Below are positions 38,505 to 46,309 of a stretch of DNA of 64,000 nucleotides, one piece after another; position 1 is the first letter of the stretch; each line of letters starts with the position of its first letter. The notes beneath the pieces were generated by a model, which saw only the letters and a list, made by a program, of their open reading frames with translations, made no database searches and was not told the DNA's origin. The stretch comes from a virus, in the IMG/VR virus record IMGVR_UViG_3300030117_007673, positions 32,001 to 96,000 of that record; one strand, 5' to 3'. The translations under genes were made by a program, and so were the position numbers.

Positions 38505-39116
38505 ATGTCTAAACTATTATTAAGAGAATACTATGAGCTTTGTGAAGGTGGCGTATGCCAAGACTTTTTAACTGAAGCCGAGAAAAGAATGGTTAAGGAA
38601 GGACATGTATTCCTTACCGGCGTTATGCAAAGAGCAGACGCTAGAAATGGCAATGGCCGCGTATATCCAGGGCCTATCTTGGAAAGAGAGACTAATAACT
38701 ATAAAAAGCTTGTAAAAGAAAGAAGAGCGCTTGGAGAACTTGATCACCCAGACGATTCAGTTATCAATCTCAAAAACGCTTCTCATCTTGTGACTGATAT
38801 TTGGTGGGACCAAGGAGCGGTAATGGGTAAAATTCAAGTTCTTAATACTCCTTCAGGTCAAGTTTTAAAAGAGCTTGTTAACGCTGGAGTCAAGCTTGGA
38901 ATTTCTTCGAGAGGAATGGGCTCCGTTCATGAATCAAATGGAAATACGATTGTTGAAGACGATTTTCAATTGATTTGCTTTGATATGGTTTCTGAGCCTT
39001 CAACAACCGGAGCTTTTATGACACCACAACAAATTAATGAAAGCACAGTAAAGGGTGTGTTCACAAAGGCAGATAGAATCAATCGCGCATTGAATGATAT
39101 TCTGAGGGGAAAATGA
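38505..39116 (+). CDS. gp21: Prohead core protease (T4 gp21-like)
   Basis: NGNGRVYP, ALGELDHP, ASH, LGISSRGMGS, FDMVSEPST. Confidence 0.95.
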   Translation: MSKLLLREYYELCEGGVCQDFLTEAEKRMVKEGHVFLTGVMQRADARNGNGRVYPGPILERETNNYKKLVKERRALGELDHPDDSVINLKNASHLVTDIWWDQGAVMGKIQVLNTPSGQVLKELVNAGVKLGISSRGMGSVHESNGNTIVEDDFQLICFDMVSEPSTTGAFMTPQQINESTVKGVFTKADRINRALNDILRGK

Positions 39117-39550
39117 AAAAATCAGAACTTAAAAAAGTATTAAAGCCGCTCATCAAAGAATGTATTCAGGAGGCTCTTGTTGAAGAGGGTCTGCTATCTA
39201 ATGTCATTTCTGAAGTTGTGAAAGGTTTAGGTACAACGCAGCAAGTGGTAGTTGAAGATACACGACATAAAGAAGATGAGATGAAAAAAATGCAATTGCA
39301 GGAAAAACAAAAAAGAACTCGAAAAATTAACGAGACTAGAAAGAAGATGCTAGATGCAATTGGAAGAGATTCTTATAATGGAGTTGACCTGTTTGAAGGT
39401 ACAACACCAGTGTCCAAGGCAGGGTCTGTTGGGGATTCAGTCACTCCGCAAGGTGCTCTATCTGGAGTGGATCCTAGAGACTCTGGAGTTGACATATCTT
39501 CTTTCTTGGGTAACACAAACGTTTGGAAGGCGTTGGCAGGAGGAAAATAA
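39113..39550 (+). CDS. Hypothetical head-region protein with KKSELKK..IKE motif
   Basis: MKKSELKKVLKPLIKECIQEAL. Confidence 0.6.
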   Translation: MKKSELKKVLKPLIKECIQEALVEEGLLSNVISEVVKGLGTTQQVVVEDTRHKEDEMKKMQLQEKQKRTRKINETRKKMLDAIGRDSYNGVDLFEGTTPVSKAGSVGDSVTPQGALSGVDPRDSGVDISSFLGNTNVWKALAGGK

Positions 39551-39766
39551 TTGAAAAAAACTATTAATGTAGAAGTTAGAGCAAGAAAAAACGAACCTAT
39601 CGAGAAGTTAATAAAAAGATTTGCAAAAAAAGTAAAAAAAGAATTTATCTTTGAAGATGTAAGAGAACGCATGTATTATGAAAAGCCATCTGAAAAGAGA
39701 ATTAGGATGAAAAAGAGAAGAAAAGCAACTTTAGACAAGTTGAAACGCAAGAAAGAAACTAATTAA
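39551..39766 (+). CDS. rpsU: Phage-encoded ribosomal protein bS21
   Basis: VRARKNEPIEKLIKRFAKKVKKE...VRERMYYEKPSEKR; basic 71 aa. Confidence 0.88.
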   Translation: MKKTINVEVRARKNEPIEKLIKRFAKKVKKEFIFEDVRERMYYEKPSEKRIRMKKRRKATLDKLKRKKETN

Positions 39767-39787
39767 TTAAAAAGGTAGGAGAAAACG

Positions 39788-40204
39788 ATGGCAAATTTAG
39801 AAGCACTGAGGTATCCAAGAGCTGGCATTGGAAACGTGGGTTCATATCTCGTTGGCGGTATACCCTTCCTCACTGGCTCAGGAACCATATCTGGGACAGA
39901 TGAGATGAAAATTTCATTTCCATCCATTACAAAAAAAATAACAGTGGTTAATAGGGCCGCTGCGGATTTAAGAGTGCATTTTGCCACCAATAGTGGCAAC
40001 GCACAAGTGATAGCTCATCATCAATACATCACATTGGATTCAAAAGAAGACGCAGTAGAATTTAATGTAAGAGTTAAAGAAATATTCATTACACCGGTGG
40101 CTACATCAGGTGAGTGGGAAGTGTTCGCTGAATTGACAACAGTTCCTGCAACTGAAATGTTTACGTTAACAGGTTCCGGAATAACAAACGATCCAAGTAG
40201 ATAA
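39788..40204 (+). CDS. Putative capsid decoration/structural protein
   Basis: 138 aa, SD AGGAGA, ACTAATTA at 39758. Confidence 0.5.
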   Translation: MANLEALRYPRAGIGNVGSYLVGGIPFLTGSGTISGTDEMKISFPSITKKITVVNRAAADLRVHFATNSGNAQVIAHHQYITLDSKEDAVEFNVRVKEIFITPVATSGEWEVFAELTTVPATEMFTLTGSGITNDPSR

Positions 40205-40218
40205 GGAGAACATAAAAA

Positions 40219-40632
40219 ATGGGATATAACGCAGGCCGCGAAGAACTTGATGAACTGACTGTTACTGGAGGTATTACCATTGATAAGGGTTCTGCAGGTG
40301 CCGTAACCATCGACACCCCTGGCGGTTCTGGCCAGCCAAATGGAACGGTCACCGGGATGACCACCCAGCGCGCAGGAACATTCGTGGCGACGATGGCCGG
40401 CGGATTCACCTTCTCTAACAATTCAGTTATATCAATTCAGGTTAATAATAATCTGGTCGTCAGCAGCGACGTTATTGCGGTTACTGCAACCGTCCAGGTC
40501 GCCACCGGCATATTAGCTGGTTGTATCTCCATTGCCCCTTCTTCAAACTTTTTCAGGATTGGGCTGCATAATGTAGGCGGAGGCGACATTAGCCCAACCG
40601 GGACTGTTACAGTTAATTGGGTCATTCTTTAA
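40219..40632 (+). CDS. Putative structural protein (Gly/Thr-rich beta)
   Basis: 137 aa, SD AAGGAGA, C-terminal TVTVNWVIL typical of fibre/decoration tips. Confidence 0.45.
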   Translation: MGYNAGREELDELTVTGGITIDKGSAGAVTIDTPGGSGQPNGTVTGMTTQRAGTFVATMAGGFTFSNNSVISIQVNNNLVVSSDVIAVTATVQVATGILAGCISIAPSSNFFRIGLHNVGGGDISPTGTVTVNWVIL

Positions 40633-40680
40633 AGTTAACAAACTCACAAATTTAATAATGGTGTTTTTATGAGTTACCTG

Positions 40681-40702
40681 ACTATTTATTTATGACTAAT
40701 TA
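40681..40702 (+). promoter_or_regulatory. Tandem late-promoter motifs ACTATTTA / ACTAATTA
   Basis: Two copies (40681, 40695) before the scaffold/major capsid genes. Confidence 0.6.
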
Positions 40703-40717
40703 TCAGGAGATCGATCT

Positions 40718-41713
40718 ATGTCAGACATGTTAGAACAAGCAATTATTGATGCAGAAGCTCTTAAGGAAGCAGCCTTGAAAAACGCTGAAGAACTAATCAT
40801 TGAAAAGTACTCGCGTGAAATCAAAGAAGTTGTTGATACTCTACTTGAGCAACCAGAAGAAGAACTTGGTTTAGGTGATGAAGAACCCGAAGGCCTAGGA
40901 GGTGATTTAGGCGGCGATTTGGGTCTCGATCCTGAAGCAGAAGAAGCGGGCGACACCCCAGACATGCCACCAAGTCATACAGATTCTGGAGAAAAGCTTT
41001 GCCCTTGCCCTGAGTCTGAAGTTAAAATTGATCTTTCTCAACTCGCAGAAGAGCTGGGAGAAGATATTGAAGCGGATGAGATGATTGATCGTGAAAATGA
41101 ATTGGCTCCAAAGCTTGAAGAAGATGAGAGTGATGATCTAGATGAAGAATTCCTTGCAGACCTTCTTGAGAAGCTGACCATCGATGTTAAAAATGTGCCT
41201 ACTGGTCAAGCAGGTGGTGCCTCAAATGAGACCATTGACAGAGAAAATGAAGAAATTGCACTTGCTCAAGAAGAGGTCGAAGAACTTGAAGAAGAAGACG
41301 AAGACAAAAAAGAACTTGAAGAGTCTGTAAATAGACTCGAAGAGGAAAACAAGACTCTTCTTGAGAAAAATAATAAATATAAAGATATGCTTTTGCATTT
41401 GAACGAAAAACTCGAAGAGGTTAATCTTTCAAATGCTAAGTTGTTGTACACGAATCGTGTTTTGGGTAGCACCTCCCTGAATGAGCGACAAAAATCTAAA
41501 ATTGTCGAAGCTCTATCTAAAGTCGATTCAGTTGAAGAAGCGAAAGTTATTTATGAAACGCTTCAAAGCGCAGTGGGCAGTAAACGTAAGTCTACTCCGA
41601 AATCACTGAGCGAGGCTGTTCAGCGTTCTTCAACAACTCTTCCTCGGAGAAAAGAGGAAAACCGAAGTATTCCACACAAGGATAGGTGGAAGACTTTAGC
41701 AGGTATTAAATAA
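40718..41713 (+). CDS. Prohead scaffolding/core protein (gp22-like)
   Basis: Very acidic, coiled coil, LNEKLEEVNLSNAKLLY, ends RWKTLAGIK; directly before the major capsid gene. Confidence 0.8.
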   Translation: MSDMLEQAIIDAEALKEAALKNAEELIIEKYSREIKEVVDTLLEQPEEELGLGDEEPEGLGGDLGGDLGLDPEAEEAGDTPDMPPSHTDSGEKLCPCPESEVKIDLSQLAEELGEDIEADEMIDRENELAPKLEEDESDDLDEEFLADLLEKLTIDVKNVPTGQAGGASNETIDRENEEIALAQEEVEELEEEDEDKKELEESVNRLEEENKTLLEKNNKYKDMLLHLNEKLEEVNLSNAKLLYTNRVLGSTSLNERQKSKIVEALSKVDSVEEAKVIYETLQSAVGSKRKSTPKSLSEAVQRSSTTLPRRKEENRSIPHKDRWKTLAGIK

Positions 41714-41731
41714 TATAAGGAGGATTTTAAT

Positions 41732-43477
41732 ATGTCTGTTTTAGATAAACTAACTGAAGGCATCGTAAATCGTGATCTCCAGAAGGAAGGTGCTGCTCTA
41801 CTTGAAAAGTGGGAAAAGACCGGTCTTCTTGAAGGAATGAAGGATGATGCTCAACGCAGCGGTATGGCTCGTCTTCTAGAGAATCAGGCCAAGGAGCTTC
41901 TTCGCGAAGTTTCTACCATGGCTTCTGGTGATGTAGAAGGTTTTGCTGCTGTTGCTTTCCCAATTGTTCGTCGTGTATTCGGCGGGCTTATTGCTAATGA
42001 TCTTGTATCTGTGCAACCAATGAGTCTCCCATCGGGTCTCATCTTCTTCCTGGATTTCCAGGCTGCTGTGCCTAGACTCGGCTTAGAAGGTGGTGATTCC
42101 CTGTTTGGTGGCGGTGTTGTAGGCCAGTCACTTACTGGTGGTGTTGATCTTACCGGTAATAACCTTGAGGAAGGTTTTTATAACCTTAACAATGGTTATT
42201 CTTCACCGACTGCTTCAACCGCTGGTCTACCCCTAGTTGTAACTCACATTGGTGAGGTAGGTAGAGGCAACGACATTGATAAGGCAGTTCGCTACGATCC
42301 TGATCTTTCAGGTTCTGTTTGCATCGTTGCCTACTTTACTGGTAGTACCAGTACTGCACAGCTCAATATGCACAACTTGATTGGTCTTACCGACGCTGCT
42401 TCTGCGACTTATGGTCGACAGATTCGTCGTTTGACTCAAATTCAGTCTGGTTCTGCGTCTGGTCTCACTGACCCGGCGAACACTGGATTAAGAATTCAAG
42501 TTGTTTACGAGCAAACTGATGAAGCTGGTGGTGGTTCCGAAGGTCTTTCTTCGGCATTCGCAACCGAAATCACCAGTTCGAACCATGTGTTCACGTTCCC
42601 AATCAGCGATGATTTCGGTGGCACGGCTGCTGCTAATGGCACTACCAATCAGGCTCTTGGAGCTGTTGTTGGTCAGGACACTTGGCAGCTGGAAAACCAG
42701 ACGGAAATCCCTGAGATTAACATCAAAGTGGATTCTGTCTCCGTGACCGCGATGACCAAGAAGCTCAAGGCCAAATGGACCCCAGAGCTTGGTCAGGATC
42801 TCAATGCTTATCACAATCTCGATGCCGAGGTTGAGCTTACTGGTATTCTCTCCGAGCAAATTGCTCTTGAGATTGACCGCGAGATCCTTGAGGACCTTAT
42901 TAAGGGTGCAAAGGCTGGTACTTACTACTGGTCACGTCGTCCAGGTAAATTCCTCAATCGTACCACTGGTCTTCCAATTAGTGACCTCGCTAATGAGTCA
43001 CTTCTTGGTGCTGACTTCACCGGTACTGTGTCTGAATGGTATGAGACTCTTGTCGAAACCATTAATGATGTGTCTGCTCAGATCCATCGTAAGACGCTTC
43101 GCGGTGGTGCCAACTTTATCGTAGTATCCCCAGAGGTTGCTAACGTTCTCGAATTCACTTCCGGCTTCCGTGCCGATGTGACGGGTGACATTGATAAGGG
43201 TACAGTTGGTACTGTTAAGACCGGTAGTCTTAGCAAGAAATGGGATGTATACGTAGATCCTTACTTCCCCAGGAACGTTGTTCTTGTCGGTCGTAAAGGT
43301 GGCTCGTTCCTTGAGAGCGGCTATGTGTACGCCCCATATGTACCTCTCCAGGTAACGCCTACTATCTTCGGTATCGAAGACTTCGTGCCCCGTAAGGGTG
43401 TCATGACTCGATACGCCAAGAAGATGGTACGTCCTGATATGTACGGTGTAGTAGTAGTCACTGACCTACTCGGTTAA
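41732..43477 (+). CDS. gp23: Major capsid protein (T4 gp23-like)
   Basis: LLENQ, PIVRRV, VQPMSLPSGLIFFL, KLKAKWTPELGQDL, EIDRE, YAPYVPL, GVMTRY. Confidence 0.97.
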   Translation: MSVLDKLTEGIVNRDLQKEGAALLEKWEKTGLLEGMKDDAQRSGMARLLENQAKELLREVSTMASGDVEGFAAVAFPIVRRVFGGLIANDLVSVQPMSLPSGLIFFLDFQAAVPRLGLEGGDSLFGGGVVGQSLTGGVDLTGNNLEEGFYNLNNGYSSPTASTAGLPLVVTHIGEVGRGNDIDKAVRYDPDLSGSVCIVAYFTGSTSTAQLNMHNLIGLTDAASATYGRQIRRLTQIQSGSASGLTDPANTGLRIQVVYEQTDEAGGGSEGLSSAFATEITSSNHVFTFPISDDFGGTAAANGTTNQALGAVVGQDTWQLENQTEIPEINIKVDSVSVTAMTKKLKAKWTPELGQDLNAYHNLDAEVELTGILSEQIALEIDREILEDLIKGAKAGTYYWSRRPGKFLNRTTGLPISDLANESLLGADFTGTVSEWYETLVETINDVSAQIHRKTLRGGANFIVVSPEVANVLEFTSGFRADVTGDIDKGTVGTVKTGSLSKKWDVYVDPYFPRNVVLVGRKGGSFLESGYVYAPYVPLQVTPTIFGIEDFVPRKGVMTRYAKKMVRPDMYGVVVVTDLLG

Positions 43478-43501
43478 TTTTCGAATTAACTGTTTTTAAT
43501 G

Positions 43502-43545
43502 GAAAACCCCAGTTTGACTTCGGTTGGACTGGGGTTTTCTCTTTT
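43502..43545 (+). terminator. Rho-independent terminator with C(UUCG)G tetraloop
   Basis: GAAAACCCCAGTTTGAC-TTCG-GTTGGACTGGGGTTTTC (17-bp stem, 3 G.U pairs) then TCTTTT, after the capsid stop. Confidence 0.88.
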
Positions 43546-43550
43546 CCAAA

Positions 43551-43558
43551 ACTATTTA
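43551..43558 (+). promoter_or_regulatory. Late-promoter motif ACTATTTA
   Basis: Immediately downstream of the capsid terminator, upstream of the neck gene. Confidence 0.65.
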
Positions 43559-43581
43559 AGGTGTATAGGAGAATTTAATGA

Positions 43582-44868
43582 ATGGCTGTCCCGACTCTCT
43601 CACCTTCACAAACAACAAGCGCTGTCACTCTTCCGTCAACAGGAAGCACATCAAACGTGGATTCGACAGCAGTACCATTTGGTATATACCTCAATGGCGA
43701 CGGAGCAGCCAGCTTTACGCAAGGCGCTTCAGATCAGGTCGCTTACACATATAAGAAACTTGGCGGAGACGTCTTAGACATTGAACTGACTGAGCAGAAC
43801 GTTTATTCTGCATATGAAGAAGCAGTTCTAGAATATTCTTATATCGTGAATGTACATCAAGCAAAAAATGTTCTTTCAGATGTTCTTGGTAATTCTACCG
43901 GTTCTTTTGACTCGGATGGCGAACTGAGAAGCGGCGATGCTCTTTCTTCTAGCTTGGGAGAGAATACTCCCGTAGCTTTGAAATATCCAAAGTTTAGATT
44001 TGAATACACGAAAAGAATCGGAGAGGGCTTTTCCTCAGAAGCTAATGCTGGTGGAACGGAAACGGTTTATTCAGCTTCTTTCGATATAACACAAGATGTC
44101 CAGGATTATGATCTACAGACATTGATTTCATCTTCAGCGGAAACAGCAGGAAGTCTTTTTTACAATCAAGTCGAAAATAAGAAGGTCACAATCAAGAGAG
44201 TATTTTATAAAACTCCGCAAGCCATGTGGAGATTTTTTGGTTATTATGGTGGTCTAAACACCGTTGGTAATATGTCGAACTACGGGCAATACGCCGATGA
44301 CTCAACGTTTCAAGTTGTTCCAGTCTGGCAAAATAAACTTCAGTCTTTGGGATTTGAAGATTCAATTTATACAAGAAATTCTCATTACTCATATGAGTTA
44401 CGAAATAATAAATTAAGACTCTTTCCAGTTCCGAATACTTCAGGTCCGAAAACATTTTGGGTTGAGTTCACTGTGCAAAAAGACGCTTGGGAACAATCTT
44501 CCGACAGAATTGTAAATGTAGATGGTGTCAACAACATGAATACGATTCCATTCGCAAATATCCCATATCAGAATATAAACTCTATTGGAAAACAATGGAT
44601 TAGAAGATTTGCTTTAGCTTTGACGAAGGAAATGCTTGGACATGTTCGAGGTAAATTCTCAACGATACCGATACCAGGAGAGAGTGTTACTTTGAATGCG
44701 TCCGAATTATTGAGCCAGGCAAAAGAAGAACAAGATAAACTAAGAGAAGAGTTGAAGACAACCTTGGATGAGTTGACGTATGCGAAGCTTGCAGAAACAG
44801 ACGCGGCGAAAGTAGAATCAGTCAACAACGTACAGAAAAGAGTTCCTTTGACAATATTTGTGGGGTAA
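43582..44868 (+). CDS. Neck protein (gp13-like)
   Basis: KLGGDVLDIELTE..VY.AYEEA; WIRRFALALTKEMLG.VRGKF..IP...VTLNA..L..A.EE..L.EEL. Confidence 0.8.
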   Translation: MAVPTLSPSQTTSAVTLPSTGSTSNVDSTAVPFGIYLNGDGAASFTQGASDQVAYTYKKLGGDVLDIELTEQNVYSAYEEAVLEYSYIVNVHQAKNVLSDVLGNSTGSFDSDGELRSGDALSSSLGENTPVALKYPKFRFEYTKRIGEGFSSEANAGGTETVYSASFDITQDVQDYDLQTLISSSAETAGSLFYNQVENKKVTIKRVFYKTPQAMWRFFGYYGGLNTVGNMSNYGQYADDSTFQVVPVWQNKLQSLGFEDSIYTRNSHYSYELRNNKLRLFPVPNTSGPKTFWVEFTVQKDAWEQSSDRIVNVDGVNNMNTIPFANIPYQNINSIGKQWIRRFALALTKEMLGHVRGKFSTIPIPGESVTLNASELLSQAKEEQDKLREELKTTLDELTYAKLAETDAAKVESVNNVQKRVPLTIFVG

Positions 44869-44876
44869 GTTAAGAA

Positions 44877-45365
44877 ATGAGTGATAAATGGAAACAACCT
44901 GCTCAGCCTCCTCCTCCACTTTTTGTTGGTAAAAAGGAGAGAGATTTAGTAAAGCAAGTTAACGATGAATTGATCGAAAGAGTTGTCGGTCAGCAAGTTG
45001 TGTATTACCCTATTAGTTTAGAGTACACAAATTTTCATTCTTTATATGGAGAAGCGATTAATAAAACATTCTTGCCTCCCATCCGGGTTTATGCTCTAGT
45101 AGAATGGGAAGGTTTGGAAACTTCATGGCAAAGTAATGTAGGTATTGATAGGAACACATCAATAGTTGTTCATTTTCACAAAAGAAGACTGACAGAGGAT
45201 CAAGATTTGTTTGTAAGAGTTGGAGATTTTGTTTTGTATGGTGATATTCATTATGAGATTGTAACTTTGAACGAGCCAAAGCAATTATTTGGACAAATTG
45301 AGCACAGAATAGAGATTTCTGCTAAATGTATTCGTTCTCGCGAGGGCTTATTCGATGGCACCTAA
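44877..45365 (+). CDS. Neck/head-closure protein (gp14-like)
   Basis: ELIERVVGQQVVYY...LYGE...VGDFV; position after gp13. Confidence 0.7.
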   Translation: MSDKWKQPAQPPPPLFVGKKERDLVKQVNDELIERVVGQQVVYYPISLEYTNFHSLYGEAINKTFLPPIRVYALVEWEGLETSWQSNVGIDRNTSIVVHFHKRRLTEDQDLFVRVGDFVLYGDIHYEIVTLNEPKQLFGQIEHRIEISAKCIRSREGLFDGT

Positions 45366-46224
45366 ATATGATCATACAGGAGTTGATGACACAAGCATCA
45401 TTGAAGAAAGAATCATAATGCCTTCGACAATAGAAACTATTGATGAATCTTTTTATCAATATATAAATGAGGAGTTGAATATATTTTCGACTACCAACAA
45501 GGGATGGAATAAAGTTCCAGTTATTTGGATGTCTGCAGAGAGGTCTCATCAAATTAAGAACAATAAAGATTTGAGAGACGCTAATAGTTCTCTGATACTT
45601 CCAGCCATAACAATAGAGAGGACTTCCATGGTCAAAGATCCGACCAAAAAAGGAATTTACTGGGCTCACCAGCCCCCTCCGCACCATGACAACAAAGGTG
45701 GTTCGGTAGTAATAGCCAGAAGGCTTAACCAAGACAAGACTTCTAATTTTGCTAATGCAAATGCATATGAAAAAAGAGGTCAAATTAATTTTCCAAAGAA
45801 GAATAATAAAGTTGTTTACCAGACGGTAACAATTCCTATGCCTGTGTACGTTGATGTTACCTATTCTTTAACCTTAAGAACAGAATATCAACAACAGATG
45901 AATGAAATTGTAACTCCCTTTATAACAAAAACAGGGGGAGTCAATTATTTTGTATTTAAGAAGGATGGACATACATATGAAGCTTTTATACAACAAGACT
46001 TTTCACAAGATAACAATGTTTCGAATCTTGAAGCAGAGGAAAGAAAATATCAAACCAAGGTCGATATAAAAGTTTTAGGATATCTTATCGGAGAAGACAA
46101 GAATCAGGATCAACCAAAGATAGTGGTTAGAGAAAACGCTGTAGATTACAAAATGCCGCGAGAAAGAGTGATAACTGAAGACTCTCCAGAACTTGGGGAC
46201 AAAGATACTTTTTATCGAGGCTGA
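45355..46224 (+). CDS. Tail terminator/sheath stabiliser (gp15-like)
   Basis: KVPVIW...LPAITI...PMPVYVDVTYSL...QQQMNEIV. Confidence 0.7.
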   Translation: MAPKYDHTGVDDTSIIEERIIMPSTIETIDESFYQYINEELNIFSTTNKGWNKVPVIWMSAERSHQIKNNKDLRDANSSLILPAITIERTSMVKDPTKKGIYWAHQPPPHHDNKGGSVVIARRLNQDKTSNFANANAYEKRGQINFPKKNNKVVYQTVTIPMPVYVDVTYSLTLRTEYQQQMNEIVTPFITKTGGVNYFVFKKDGHTYEAFIQQDFSQDNNVSNLEAEERKYQTKVDIKVLGYLIGEDKNQDQPKIVVRENAVDYKMPRERVITEDSPELGDKDTFYRG

Positions 46225-46248
46225 TATTGTCATTTCAGCATATCACAA

Positions 46249-46256
46249 ACTATTTA
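46249..46256 (+). promoter_or_regulatory. Late-promoter motif ACTATTTA
   Basis: Intergenic, upstream of the sheath gene. Confidence 0.65.
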
Positions 46257-46309
46257 TTAGAGAAATCACTTATTTATAATGCATTTTTTATATGAGGAGA
46301 AATTAAAAC

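Noticed and set aside
43499-43777. 92-aa ORF after the capsid gene
   Set aside because: Runs through the terminator hairpin and overlaps the neck gene out of frame; spurious
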